64,000 nucleotides of DNA, taken from the NCBI GenBank assembly GCA_052426225.1, contig JBNJNM010000012.1:1364001-1428000 (forward strand), in the 5' to 3' direction. Under the pieces are notes generated by a model, which searched no databases, was not told the origin of the DNA, and saw only the letters and a program-made list of their open reading frames with translations. Below are positions 22,559-35,754 of this stretch, in pieces. Numbering within the stretch: the first letter of the stretch is position 1; every line of letters starts with the position of its first letter. This DNA is from Zancudomyces culisetae HAW-14-8. Its lineage: Eukaryota > Fungi > Kickxellomycota. The position numbers and the translations under genes are program-made.

Positions 22559-24397
22559 CTAAGGTTTAAAGTTTTCACATATATCAATCAAGCCAAGAAC
22601 ACGATCTTGTATATCCTGGGTAACTTTTGCTTTTCTCAGGTCAGCCAAGAGGTTCTTTCTAAGTATAGAGGCCGAGTTTTCGAGATACTCGATTTTGGTA
22701 GAGAGAGCAGAGAGGTTGAGATCTTTTTCATGAACAAGTTGTTTTTGAGCAAGTATTGCACGGTTGTAAGAATACTCTTGTTCTCTAGCAAGCAATTCGG
22801 CAGAAGTCAAGGAATTGTTGAGATGGGAAATGGTGGCTTCGTAGGAGTGAACAAGTTTTGATAGACGCTGGTTTTCGGCCTGAAGAGATTGAAGAGCTGA
22901 AGAGTTTGAATTTAGGGCTTTGTTTTCAAAGGAAAGTGTATTGAGCGAGTTGTTGAGATTGTCAATAGTAAAATTCAGTTTGGCTATTTCGGCGTCTTGT
23001 TTGGCAATAGTGGTTTGCAACTGCAGAAAATCAGTTTGAAAGTCGGCTACAGTTGCAGAGCCAGCGCGTGCAGTTGAATCAGACATGCTCGCTCGATACT
23101 GATTCAACTCAAACGCATTTTTTGCTACCGATAGTCGACCAGTAGTCGGGCCGTGACTGTTTTGTAGCTTGGGCGAAACATGCAGATAGCTTTGGGGATG
23201 CGCATACTCGCTGCTGCTGACAAACATCGACGACCCGTTGGACATTTTGCGCCGATCCTTGTAGCCGTCTGCTCGCTGCGCCAACATTTGCCACCGGTCT
23301 GCTTTGGCCCTTTCGTTCAAAACATCGCGTGTCAGCTGCTCGCTGACCTTTTTCTGCTGCTCCATCTCATATTCCAGATCCAGCACCTGCTGCTCGCGGC
23401 CATGCAGCTCCTCTTTTTTCTGCTCTAGTATTTCCTCCTTCTCTGCAACCTGTCTCCTCAGCTGCTCCATCATCCGTCGCTCCTTCTCACTCATCCCATG
23501 CGTCATTTCACATTGCCGGCTTGCCCACTCCTTTGTCTGCTTCAGCTGCGCTGCTAAATGACCATTGCGCTCCCGCAATGCCTTAATCGCCTCGTTTGCT
23601 CTGATGTTTGCCTCTTTGGCCCTTGTAAAATTCGCTATCAACGTATCCACGCCTTCATTTGACAACTGGTTTAGTGCTTCTGTCAGCGCGTTGTTTCTGA
23701 TCTGAAGGTCAAAGTTATCTTTCAGCAACTTTTGTACATTTTGCGACTGTGATTTAATACTGGATCCCGTTGTTAGTTTTCTATATACACTTTCCGCCAC
23801 CCCGTTTTCCAATCCACCCGCCTCTGTCCCCGCCTTCCTCCTTCGTGTTGGTGTCATCATCGCATAGCTTCCCTCTATCTCTACTGGATATCTATTATCT
23901 TCACTCATTGCCACCCCTCCCCTATTTTGACTTTTTCCTACACTCACCAAACTCTTGGAATATCCCATTCCACTTCGTTCCCTCTCTTTACTCACCCCCA
24001 TGTCATATATGTTCACTTTTGAATCTACGTACTTTGCTCGACCAATATCCTCCCTGTCGCTTATCTCGCTCCTTATCTCCACTTCCCTCTGTATCAGTGC
24101 TCGCTGATTTCTCATCAACTCTCCATAATCGTCTATTTCTTGTTGTATTTTATTTTCCACTTCCTCCTCTTTTATTCTTTCTTCTCCCCCTTTTGTATCT
24201 ATTTTTAGCCTCGTGTTGAAATTCTCCTCCAGATACTCTTGATCTATCTTTTCCTTTTTCTCGCTCTCCTCGTTTTGATTGGTATATATACTATGCCCTA
24301 CCTCCTGTAGTCTTGTATTTGCTATTTCTTCGCCAAACCCTTCCTCCGAACTTTCAAATTCTATGGTATCAACGCTACTTCGCTTTACCCTGAACAT
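22559..24397 (-). CDS. Coiled-coil protein with centrosomin motif 1 (CM1/Cnn_1N), gamma-tubulin complex receptor-like (Mto1/Pcp1/ApsB class)
   Basis: SIKSQSQNVQKLLKDNFDLQIRNNALTEAL resembles CM1 (L.KENF.LKL.I..L.E.L); long heptad-rich regions follow. Confidence 0.65.
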   Translation of the reverse strand: MFRVKRSSVDTIEFESSEEGFGEEIANTRLQEVGHSIYTNQNEESEKKEKIDQEYLEENFNTRLKIDTKGGEERIKEEEVENKIQQEIDDYGELMRNQRALIQREVEIRSEISDREDIGRAKYVDSKVNIYDMGVSKERERSGMGYSKSLVSVGKSQNRGGVAMSEDNRYPVEIEGSYAMMTPTRRRKAGTEAGGLENGVAESVYRKLTTGSSIKSQSQNVQKLLKDNFDLQIRNNALTEALNQLSNEGVDTLIANFTRAKEANIRANEAIKALRERNGHLAAQLKQTKEWASRQCEMTHGMSEKERRMMEQLRRQVAEKEEILEQKKEELHGREQQVLDLEYEMEQQKKVSEQLTRDVLNERAKADRWQMLAQRADGYKDRRKMSNGSSMFVSSSEYAHPQSYLHVSPKLQNSHGPTTGRLSVAKNAFELNQYRASMSDSTARAGSATVADFQTDFLQLQTTIAKQDAEIAKLNFTIDNLNNSLNTLSFENKALNSNSSALQSLQAENQRLSKLVHSYEATISHLNNSLTSAELLAREQEYSYNRAILAQKQLVHEKDLNLSALSTKIEYLENSASILRKNLLADLRKAKVTQDIQDRVLGLIDICENFKP

Positions 24398-24464
24398 GTT
24401 TTGCTTTTTTTTTTATCTTTGCTTTCTTGGTCTTTGCTTCTCTTTCTATACTACCTTCTTATAG

Positions 24465-24502
24465 CTATTTCTATTTCTATTTCTATTTCTATTTCTATTT
24501 CT
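24465..24502 (+). repeat. (CTATTT)n hexamer microsatellite
   Basis: About 6 tandem copies just upstream of the CM1 gene. Confidence 0.9.
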
Positions 24503-26947
24503 GTTCCTATCCCTATTCCTATAATACAATATTGTTGGTTTGCCTTTCTATTTACCCCTCCAGAAATACAGTTGAAGATTAATATGGTTATCAAATAATA
24601 ACCTATGCCTCGTATCCTCTTTATATATTATAATTCCTGCTCTCGTTTTTAGCTTTCAGTCTTTTTTTTTTTTTCTTTGATCAATTATGTTGTTTTTTAA
24701 ACAAGATGCTCAACATGTCTTATATCTTAGATCTCCACCCCCTTTTTTCGTTATATTCTCTTTGTTAATGTCTCTACCTCCCAAACATCTATTAATCTTT
24801 CGCTAATTATTCAAACTTTGGGTTGTCTTAATTAGCTATAGTTGTCTTTAACGTTAGCTGTTTTACACCAGCATACAATTTTCTATTAGTTGAATTAGTT
24901 TCGCCTCAATATTTGAGTTGTATTTTTTCTAATTAATCCTTCCACGTTCCTTTTGTAGCTTTCCAATTTAAGCAACATGGATTTAAATGGGATATAAATC
25001 CTAAAATTGTCAATGTTCTGGATTTACATATTCTTCAATAATTATCTCGCGTCAATTCACTAGTATCTTTTTTTTTTCACCCTCCATTTTTTTTCTTTTT
25101 TTTATTGCACCTCTAAATATCAATTTTATGCATAATAAATCTATTTTGACATCATCTTCATTATAAAACCAAATCATTCATTGTGCACAAATTCACGCCC
25201 TTTATTGCACAATTTCTTTTTCCCCCTCTCCTCAAAAAGAAAATTTTTTTTTTCCTAAATTCTAGGAGCAACCCAATTTTATAGCACACAAACTCGTCCA
25301 TTACTAAGTATAGCTAATAGAGTTATTCCACTTTTATGTAACTCGATACCAAAAAAACAGTTATACCAAATTCTTTCCGCATTTGTGATGTAGCTTTTAG
25401 CTGGAAAAAGAGACGTTTAAACTTTATGTACTAAATAAGAGTTACCATTTTACGCCATAATACATTCTACTAATTTGCTTGCTCATACATAACATCAAGC
25501 TCTTACCTTTATTTTTCCCAGGAAATATCTCTTTCTTGATTGCACCAATACCTGTTAATTTACCACCTTTTTCTTTTCTTTTCTTTTCTTTTGTTATCGT
25601 TTATATCTTTGCTTGTGTGTTTTGTTATTAATTATCTAAATATTTCCCATACACATTTTTTTTCCATAATATACATTTACTGCAGCCAGTACGCTTTTAC
25701 CATGCCTTGTTTTCGTAAAACACAAATCCCTATTACTACCTAACTCCACTTTTGATTTTTGTAGTTATATGTCGTGTATTTCAAATTATTGCAGCAATAT
25801 CAGGTTTTTGTAAAACGCTATTTCCCATATAATGAACTTTGCCTCCTTTTTTTATTAGCGCATTAATCCTCCGAAACCAGTCCAAAAAAAATCACGTCAA
25901 ACACAAGTTGCCTTTGTTCTTCCAAATCCTGAGCTAAAGCATTTAACTATTAACAGATTTATTCAAAAATTAGATTTAGTTTACCAATCGACCCACAATA
26001 AACTTGATAGCTAAACAAGAAATATAATATTGATTTTTTTTTGGATAGGCAACGTTTTGTTTAATCCATTGCTCAATACTCACATCCCCTATCACACTCT
26101 TTGCCTACCTACACTCTGATTTTGATAATACAAAAAAAAGAGCACAATACCATACTTGTGCCCACAATTAAAATCGACAATTCATGTGGAACTTTCCGTC
26201 TCGTATGTTCTCTTTTTATGCGGTGCTTTTTGCTTTTTTGAAGCGGAAGAAGTAATAAAAAAAAAGCGAGTGTTTGTTGCGCAGATAAACTTTAGAATCG
26301 ACCATAATTGCACATTGTCACCGCATCACCACTCATCCATTATTGAAAATGAAAACAATATAGCCTAGCTTCTGGATTTTTGTAATCAACATGCTGTACA
26401 AATAAATACAAACTAATGACTGTCCCACTTAAATATATTAATTATGCTCTAGAAGCTTGGTAACCATTTAAGATTTATCGATCGCCAAAGTGGCATAAAT
26501 TGTATGCGATTCTAGATCAAATGCGGTAAATGTTTGCTGCATTGATGCCAAATTTGCTACCACCAACATTCCTTGGAAGTACATTGCGCCTTTTTTTCAC
26601 TCACCCTGGCATTTCTCGTCCTCTTTCACTCACACCATCCCCCCCCCCCCCCGATTTATACCCCACATTTGACCACAATCACAACTGTACCAAGTAAATA
26701 AAATGTAGACCTTTCAGAGAAAACTCTACTCCACATCTGCTAAAATTAAAAACTGACAGAGAATACAAAAAACTCCACCTTCTTCCCTTCTCTCTTGAAT
26801 GACACGTGTGACTCATCAAAGTTGTTTTGTTGAATCAAACTCTATCATTATATTGAATTTGAATACACTCAAGCACATTCTTACCAACATTAGGATTCAT
26901 CTGCAATTACACTATACAATAGTTAGTATTAAACTATACTTATACTA

Positions 26948-27619
26948 CTAAAATATAGAAAAGATAAAACAAACTATAATACCATTCAAATTATAAATTA
27001 AAACACGCAGATAATGATTACACACTCCCGTACTTGCGATACCACTCTTCTGTACCTTTTTTCTTGCGCTTTTCTTTTGTTCTTGAACCTCTGTTGCGTT
27101 TGTTGCCGCTTCCTCGTTTTCAACTATCTCCTCATTATCAATACTGCCGCCTTTGCTGTTGGTAGTTCTTGATACTTGCCTTGCTGAATTTACTGCTGGA
27201 CTAGTTCTGAAAGCGGTGCCTTCTGAACCCATATTTCCAATATATCTTTTCCTTAATGACCATTGCCTATTCAAGCCACCAGTTTCTTCCTTTAGGATGC
27301 GGCGCAAACGCTTCGAAATGCGAGTTTGACTTTTGTTGCTGTCTTTTTGCACTGTTTTTATCTTGATAACACTATTACTACATTGAATTTTATTTCCAAT
27401 CATACAGACACCATTTATATATCCATTTTTAACACATTCGAGAGAATTTGGCACTTTTCTATTACATGTAAACCCTTGTGGGCAACTGTACTTGAATGTA
27501 TTTTTGTCACTTTTGAATATTATTTCTCGGTTGTTATTGTCGCACCTTTCGATTTGATAGTACCCAAATGCCAGTGGAAAAACGATTTGTGTGATTGTTA
27601 TTATTAAGGTTATATACAT
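26948..27619 (-). CDS. Secreted, probably GPI-anchored protein with N-terminal six-Cys domain; paralogue of 48059..48994
   Basis: Signal peptide, C-x19-CPQGFTC-x9-C-x9-C-x7-C, KR/RR sites, hydrophobic C-terminus. Confidence 0.8.
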   Translation of the reverse strand: MYITLIITITQIVFPLAFGYYQIERCDNNNREIIFKSDKNTFKYSCPQGFTCNRKVPNSLECVKNGYINGVCMIGNKIQCSNSVIKIKTVQKDSNKSQTRISKRLRRILKEETGGLNRQWSLRKRYIGNMGSEGTAFRTSPAVNSARQVSRTTNSKGGSIDNEEIVENEEAATNATEVQEQKKSARKKVQKSGIASTGVCNHYLRVLIYNLNGIIVCFIFSIF

Positions 27620-29758
27620 CTTTTTTCCGTTTCTCCTTTATTTCTGTGCTTACAATTTTTTTTACGTATATGACCCAACAGCCAACCTTAATCACAGACT
27701 TTAACTTGGGTTTATTTAAAAAACTTTATAGTATAAATTGATTAGTATAATACAATGCCTTCACAAGAGTTGGTCCACCACAACCTTTTTCAAAGTATTT
27801 CATTTTATCCTCTTTATAAACACAAACTACTTCAACTTCATACATATAGCACATTACCTTTCTTTTCCAAGGATAAAGCTGCTTTAGACAAAGTAGTGCC
27901 GATATATGGGGTTGATCTTTTCGGTTATTTTTTTTTTGCTGGGAACCCAAGGAACACTCTAGAATGCTTAAATATCGGAGTATCATACACACCTTCCACG
28001 TTATGCATGATATTGTTACCACCAACATAACGGTGTGTGTACATGTGTAACTCTACAGGCTGTTTCAGGTACATCCCCAAGTTGCGTGTAAGCAAACCTC
28101 ATGCATATTTATCAATGTTCCATAAAAATGGTTGTTTTCGTTTTTTGTTGATCTAGCCATCAGGTAAAAAAAAACAATCAAAACTAGCAGTTATAATACA
28201 ATCTAAACATTTATATGCGATAAACAGGACAGCGCTTGTTAAACAAGTGTGGGTAAACAATGAAATTACCAGAGTCCACTCAAAGTGCATCTCTTATTGT
28301 TATGAATCAAACCCAAATGGAAGAAATGGTGGCTTAATTTTCTCATGCCGACCACAGCCCTCTAAATAACCCAAAATGGCCCCATTTTATTTTATTTTTT
28401 GGATCCCAAACATTTACTGCATGGCAATTAGGGCAAGGAATCTTGTATGTTTGCGACTTTACATCCTCTTTAATTCCATTTCGAGGAAATTTGTTTGGAA
28501 TTATTTTTAGTACAAATAGGGACTAACGAGTTGGTGATGTTTGGAAATGATATATGCTTTATTCTCCAGCTATGGTTACACCACATTTGGGTTTTGCAGA
28601 AAATGTGGTTAATAACATCAATATGGTTATTTGTGATCTTTTTGCCCAATCAACTATAGCTTTTTAATTAACTAAAAAAGCTGTAAATTAACATTTTCGA
28701 TAAAAATAGAATCTCGCAATTAATGCCTGATAGAGCTACAGTGTTGTGGTAATTTGTGTTTTTATCACTTTGTTTTCCAGGTCAGTTTTTTATGATTTCG
28801 TTAAATTAGTATATAAAGCTTTGGGTCTCGCAAGTTGGACAGGCGAATTTACATTGTAACACTACTTTGTGATGTAAACATTGAAATATAATATCCCTTC
28901 TGGCTACTAAAGGAGAACTCCCATACTTATCAAGGATCAGTTGAATGAAGTATCATAATAGGAACAACTCGAAAAGTAAAAAGCGTCAATTACTTTTCTC
29001 AATCATTTCTTTTATGACAGTATTTCAGGCTAATTGTGAGTGTTTGAAAAAAATACCGAAACTTTACTCATCTCTTATCCCACCTCCTGCTCATTTCACT
29101 CATCCGGTTTTGTATAAAAGGCAAATTAGCAGGGGCTGAACTTTTTCTCCTCGATCTTTCCCCGAATATCCTCAACATATTTCGTTACTAACACCACTTT
29201 ACCCGCATTATCTAATTCCCGGATAGGTGAAGCTATAAAATTTAATTCATTACACATCCAAATCAGCATTTGGAGCTAATTGATCAGGTATTACAAATAG
29301 TTTTTCCCCCTCTCAGGGATGCGCAAACAGTTGTTCTATAAATAAGGCGTCAAATCTCCAATCCTCCTGCAATTGCGCTGATGTTACGAAACTCCAATAA
29401 TTCAAAAGGAAGAAAAAAAAATTGTAACTGTAACTGTAATTATAATTGTAACTGCGATGCCCCAACATAAAACCCTGTAGTTGTCTGCACTGGAGAAATA
29501 AGCAGAAACAAAAGCACAGTAAAAAAAAAGCTATAAATATAGTTTAGCAGTACCGTTTTTATTTTCAACTACACTCACCTTATGCATCTACCTACATTTT
29601 TACCCTTCGTTCAAAAAGAATATCATATTGTGCATCAAAAGGTGATTCATCAACATATAGGTACTTAAGGAAAACGACTATTGCATCGATTTTACTCTAG
29701 TATCACAGATAACAAAAAAAATTACGAAATATAAACACATTATTAACGCACCAACAGC

Positions 29759-31270
29759 ATGTATATCTCAAGCATAAGCAAAAAAACATCCCTAAAAACT
29801 ATTAAATTGGCGACATTGTTCTTTTTTGGAGGACTTGGTCTATTCAGTACGCAAATCAGTGCACTACCTACGCAAGACGGTACTCTGGGCCGCAGCAACA
29901 ATGGCAATGCAAGGCATCATGCCAGAGCAAACGGGTCTCCAAGAATAGTTGGTGGACTTCCAGCTTTATACACAAATTTTTCCTCATCCATATTTTTAGT
30001 TACAAAGTCCTCAACTGATACACTATATTGTACGGGCACACTGATAGCTGATAATGTCGTTCTTACAGCTGCACACTGTGTTAAAACTGGAACTACAGAG
30101 TTTAAGGCTTCGCAGATGACAGTATATGCGGGGTCTGATAAATTTACCAGTTTTAAGCAATTTGAAGCTTCAGAAATCATAGTGCATCCTGGGTTTGTCT
30201 ATGAAACACTGATTAATGATATTGCAGTTGTGGTTTTGTCGGAACCTATTCCATCAGAAGTTTCCAATACAATCAGAATCTACAACCAGAGTCTAGTTGA
30301 CAATGACGTACTTACCATTGTTGGGTGGGGGACAACATCGTCTGGTTCAGTCGGGCCTTCATCCACATTGAACCAAATAAATCTTAGTGTTACTTCTGAC
30401 AATACTTGCAAGTCATTGTTGGGCCAGTGGTCAGATAATGATGGAGCAACGATTTGCACTTTGAATGCAGACAACAAAGGCCCATGTTTCGGAGATTCTG
30501 GGGGTTCTGCACTTGTTAATAAAGGTGACAATGTATATTTGGTTGGTGTTACCAGCTCCCTTAGATATCCCAAGGATTGGTCCCAGTTTCAATGTGGGCA
30601 AACGGGCAGTGGAAACTTTTTCTCAAATGCTTATTATTATATTGATTGGATTTCTTCAGCGTCTGGTGTTAGTAGAGATGTGTTATTGAGTGGGCAGAAA
30701 GAGCTATCTGGAGATATACCATCTACTAGCAGCGTCGTACAGAGCATCGGTTCTAGTAAAACTAGCAGTAGTTCAACTGTGCAGCTTGCGGATAGCAGGG
30801 ATAACGATTTTGGTACAGCCACAACCACAGGTACAACCACAGATACAGCCACAGCCACAACCACAGATACAGCTACATCCGTACATACAACTACATCCAT
30901 ATCTACAGCTACATCTTCAAACACACAAAGTGCTCGCATCTCTACAACGATCGCTAACACCAGCCAAGCCACTCGATCAGAAAAGTCTGCCAGTACCAAT
31001 ACTTCTGCAAGTGTATCCTCAGTCGCAGATGTTTTAGCTCAACTAACAAGTATAGATGGTTCACTTCTTAGTAATCTGGCGCAGGTGGCCGACACTAAAA
31101 CGTACAGTGTATACTCCTCAACAGCTTCCGACGATACTAGCCTTTACAATCAGAGATCAAACGGCTCAGCTGAGCTTCTACTTTCCTCATCTTCGCACAT
31201 TGGCTCGTTAGGGCTTGTGTCTTTACTGCCTTGTGCTTTCCTGAGTGTTTTTTATATTTTCGCGATTTAG
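29759..31270 (+). CDS. S1 (trypsin/chymotrypsin-fold) serine protease with Ser/Thr stalk and probable GPI anchor
   Basis: Signal peptide, activation site PR|IVGG, triad motifs LTAAHC, INDIA, GDSGG; S/T-rich linker; hydrophobic tail. Confidence 0.93.
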   Translation: MYISSISKKTSLKTIKLATLFFFGGLGLFSTQISALPTQDGTLGRSNNGNARHHARANGSPRIVGGLPALYTNFSSSIFLVTKSSTDTLYCTGTLIADNVVLTAAHCVKTGTTEFKASQMTVYAGSDKFTSFKQFEASEIIVHPGFVYETLINDIAVVVLSEPIPSEVSNTIRIYNQSLVDNDVLTIVGWGTTSSGSVGPSSTLNQINLSVTSDNTCKSLLGQWSDNDGATICTLNADNKGPCFGDSGGSALVNKGDNVYLVGVTSSLRYPKDWSQFQCGQTGSGNFFSNAYYYIDWISSASGVSRDVLLSGQKELSGDIPSTSSVVQSIGSSKTSSSSTVQLADSRDNDFGTATTTGTTTDTATATTTDTATSVHTTTSISTATSSNTQSARISTTIANTSQATRSEKSASTNTSASVSSVADVLAQLTSIDGSLLSNLAQVADTKTYSVYSSTASDDTSLYNQRSNGSAELLLSSSSHIGSLGLVSLLPCAFLSVFYIFAI

Positions 31271-31705
31271 AATATCTGTCCCTTTTTCCAAACAAGAAGG
31301 TTGCACTAAAATATTTATTACCAGATATTTATGTGCAGCTTGTATGCACTAACCAGAAAAATTACAATCTCGTTTGTTTTCTCTTTGCAAAAAGAATACT
31401 ATTTTTAACAAGCGTTTTAAATTAGAGTTTAAGAAAGTTGTTCGAGTGTCAAAATCTCTCAATTCGTTTAAAAACGATTGTAGGTTAAGGTAAAAGTACC
31501 TTTAGCCCATTTTTTAAAAGAAAATAGGAGTTAATACTTGATACGCGGTGCAGTCGTGAATTTGTGATTAGATAACACATATAAATCTGTTGCTTTACAC
31601 TTCTCAGCTACTTGATTTATTTTTTATATTTTCCAGATGGGTGAAAGAGAGTACTGACAAAAGTTAAAACTAGCATGGTATAAAATGACTAAAAAACAAA
31701 AAAAG

Positions 31706-32894
<1,189 letters not shown>

Positions 32895-33540
32895 TTAGTA
32901 TCCTTTTAAGCGTTTTGGGTTTATATTGAAATTATTTAATATGAAAACAAAAATATACGAACTGGCATTTAATTGGGAACGATTTGGAATGGGATTTAAT
33001 TGTTTTAACGATTTGATTGGTGTGAATCCTGCATAATTTCACTAGCTATATTTAGAATATTCAGCATTTTTAGTAGGAAAAAGTGGGAATGAAAAATAAA
33101 TGAGACCAGCAATGAGTTTGGAGAATCATATCATGAGAATAAACGACACCATCATGCTGTGAGGTTATTTCAAAGCCATGCAAGTATTAGCTATCATGTC
33201 AAGATGTGTTTTTTTAAAAAAACGTGAAAAAAAACAAACAGCAAAGTCCTAAATATGAGTCAAGCTACCCTAGCTAACAACCCAAGTCAGAATTTTTCTG
33301 GGGGAGAGTGGAACCAGAGGGCGGAAAAGTAACAGAAATCAAAGATTGGTGGATCAAAACGAGGGTGTTATATTTGGACAATAGCAAAAGCATAAAGCAG
33401 TTAAAATCTAGATAGTGATAAATGGTTATGGAAAATAAATTGGTAACATTCACTGTAACCAAGACTTCCAGGCTTTGTCCTTTTGACACCACTTCTCTCC
33501 AGTTCCTAATAGTTGTAGCAAAACTAAGCTGGTAAGATGT

Positions 33541-35754
33541 TCAAATGAACGAAAAACTATTATTCGAGAGTTTTGATAGGAAAGAAATCATATACTGCAA
33601 GCGATTCGGATGCTTAAAATTATCACTGACAGCGTTTTCTATTTCAGAATAGGCAAGATTGCCGTAAACGATCGCAGATGATAGATTTTCGCAAAGAAAA
33701 GAAAGAACCTGAGCATTTTCTATGGGTTGGAGAGCAGATGCCTTGTCAGCATATCCATATTTACTCAGATCAAGATCGCCAAATTCTGAAAATTTCGAAA
33801 AATAAACTTTGGGATTAGATTCGATATACTCTACTGGTTGAAAGTTGGCATAGCAAGTAAAAGTGTAGAGGTTTTTTCCTGCCCATTCATCAGAGAACAG
33901 ACAGCAAATGTCGTTTGCGAAGGTCATCCCACTGGGTGAAAACCAAGGATCCCTGTCACCAGGTGTAATTGCAATACTTGCAATTGAGGCAGGGATCGAC
34001 TTCACGTATAGATTTTTACAGTTATAAAAGGCTTTTGTCTTTAAAATGTAAAGCAGAATACTGTTTACATTTTTGGCTGATAAGATGGCAGATTTATGTG
34101 CATCTACAAGCCTGAGTAGAAACGCTAGTCGCTCATTATTCTTTTCAAACTCGGGATAATCATATATATATTTGACATTGATTAATATCAACCCTACCTT
34201 GACAGTCAGTGACAGTATTTGCGGAGACCAATCTCTCAAAGGAATGTTTGAATATCCCCAATAAAACAAATTTATTATCTCTGCAGCCAAGTCAATGGCA
34301 GCTTTTTTTGCACACCTGACACGTTCGGGAGATACGGTTGTCAAAACTTTGAAGTGTGCTATTTCGGAAACAGCCAAAATTAGCATGTTTTCTCTAATAA
34401 AAAGCTGAAAGTACCAGAAGGATAGAACTATTCTTTGCATTTCTTGGATACTCATTGGTGGCACGCTCTTGTATTTGCACAACTCTATCCTAGTCGCGCT
34501 TTCCATTATAAATTCGTTGACTCGTTTAGATAACTTTCTTGAATTTTCTGTCAGCTTTAAAAACTGTTTAAAATCGTTTTCAAAATTTTTAACCAACGAT
34601 GTCCGGCGTCGGTTTACAAAAGAGATAAGTTCAGTTGTGGTGATGGAGATGAGACATCTAACTCTCATAAAGTTTATATCAACTTCCCAATTGTCTTTTG
34701 AGCTCAGAAGCGCCGTTTCGTAAATGTTCAACCTTATACCATTAACTTCCTCGCTTTCTCTAAACCAAGCACGATCGCCTCCCGGCAACTTTACAAAGCA
34801 GTCTTTAAGATTAAAATAACATAAGACTGTAGTTGTTTTAAGATAAAAATGATATGATAGAAATACACACCACCACATTCTTCTTTTAAATTCGGTGATA
34901 ACCATACTTTCCCTTTTCAAGCTATTCCTCGGGAAATCGACCTTGTTTAGGCTCATCCTTTTTGCTATAATAGCTGTCATTTCTACAAAGGCCTCCATTT
35001 TAGTTCCAGCTCCTATTACTCCATAGTAATTTTTTAATAACACGTAACACCATAAATAATACAGTTTTGGCTTTTCAAAATTCTTATCCATTTCTAGACT
35101 AGTACCATCTTCTACCATCTTTATCACATCTGCTGTTAGCTGCCGCGGTATTCTGTGTTTATTCACAACTGTTGTCCCAATAAGAATCAACGAATACAAC
35201 ATATATTTTGGTATGAGTAGATTTTTTACGTTTTTAGTAAATTGTGGAATCCTGACGGGTAATATAAGATCATGGTAAATCACCACAAGCCTTTCTATGG
35301 TTTCCATCAAAAACTCTACTAATACATTCGCTTCGATGTCTATATCCAACTTAACTCGCGGAATATCGGCTAGATTTTTATCTTTAATTTCATAAACCAG
35401 TACGTATTCAAGTTGCTGCTCCAAATACTCGTCAAAAATTTCGTTCCTTTCAACTCTCTCTTTTTCCCTGATTAATAGCAACTCTGAAACATTATTTTTA
35501 ATACCAGAAAGCGTGCCCATTATCCTGATTACCCTGTCTTTCAAATTTTTGTATTTTTTTTTCCTTGTTATAGTTTTGGTGAAAACTCGAAATTTGCCCA
35601 TTAGAGGAATGTTTGTGCGTACCGCTAATGCTGGGCTACCTCCATATGGCATGTAATTTGTATTGGAATTTTTCATTTTTGTTTGGTCATTTATTGTTTC
35701 CACTCCCTTTGTTTTTACCTTTTGATTGAAATCCATGCTGGTCTTAACCTGCAT
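33541..35754 (-). CDS. Fungal-specific transcription factor middle-homology (Fungal_trans) domain protein; no Zn2Cys6 cluster in the ORF
   Basis: LILPVRIPQF...YMLYSLILIG; AKRMSLNKVD...EFKRRMWWCVF...VKLP pattern typical of the domain. Confidence 0.7.
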   Translation of the reverse strand: MQVKTSMDFNQKVKTKGVETINDQTKMKNSNTNYMPYGGSPALAVRTNIPLMGKFRVFTKTITRKKKYKNLKDRVIRIMGTLSGIKNNVSELLLIREKERVERNEIFDEYLEQQLEYVLVYEIKDKNLADIPRVKLDIDIEANVLVEFLMETIERLVVIYHDLILPVRIPQFTKNVKNLLIPKYMLYSLILIGTTVVNKHRIPRQLTADVIKMVEDGTSLEMDKNFEKPKLYYLWCYVLLKNYYGVIGAGTKMEAFVEMTAIIAKRMSLNKVDFPRNSLKRESMVITEFKRRMWWCVFLSYHFYLKTTTVLCYFNLKDCFVKLPGGDRAWFRESEEVNGIRLNIYETALLSSKDNWEVDINFMRVRCLISITTTELISFVNRRRTSLVKNFENDFKQFLKLTENSRKLSKRVNEFIMESATRIELCKYKSVPPMSIQEMQRIVLSFWYFQLFIRENMLILAVSEIAHFKVLTTVSPERVRCAKKAAIDLAAEIINLFYWGYSNIPLRDWSPQILSLTVKVGLILINVKYIYDYPEFEKNNERLAFLLRLVDAHKSAILSAKNVNSILLYILKTKAFYNCKNLYVKSIPASIASIAITPGDRDPWFSPSGMTFANDICCLFSDEWAGKNLYTFTCYANFQPVEYIESNPKVYFSKFSEFGDLDLSKYGYADKASALQPIENAQVLSFLCENLSSAIVYGNLAYSEIENAVSDNFKHPNRLQYMISFLSKLSNNSFSFI

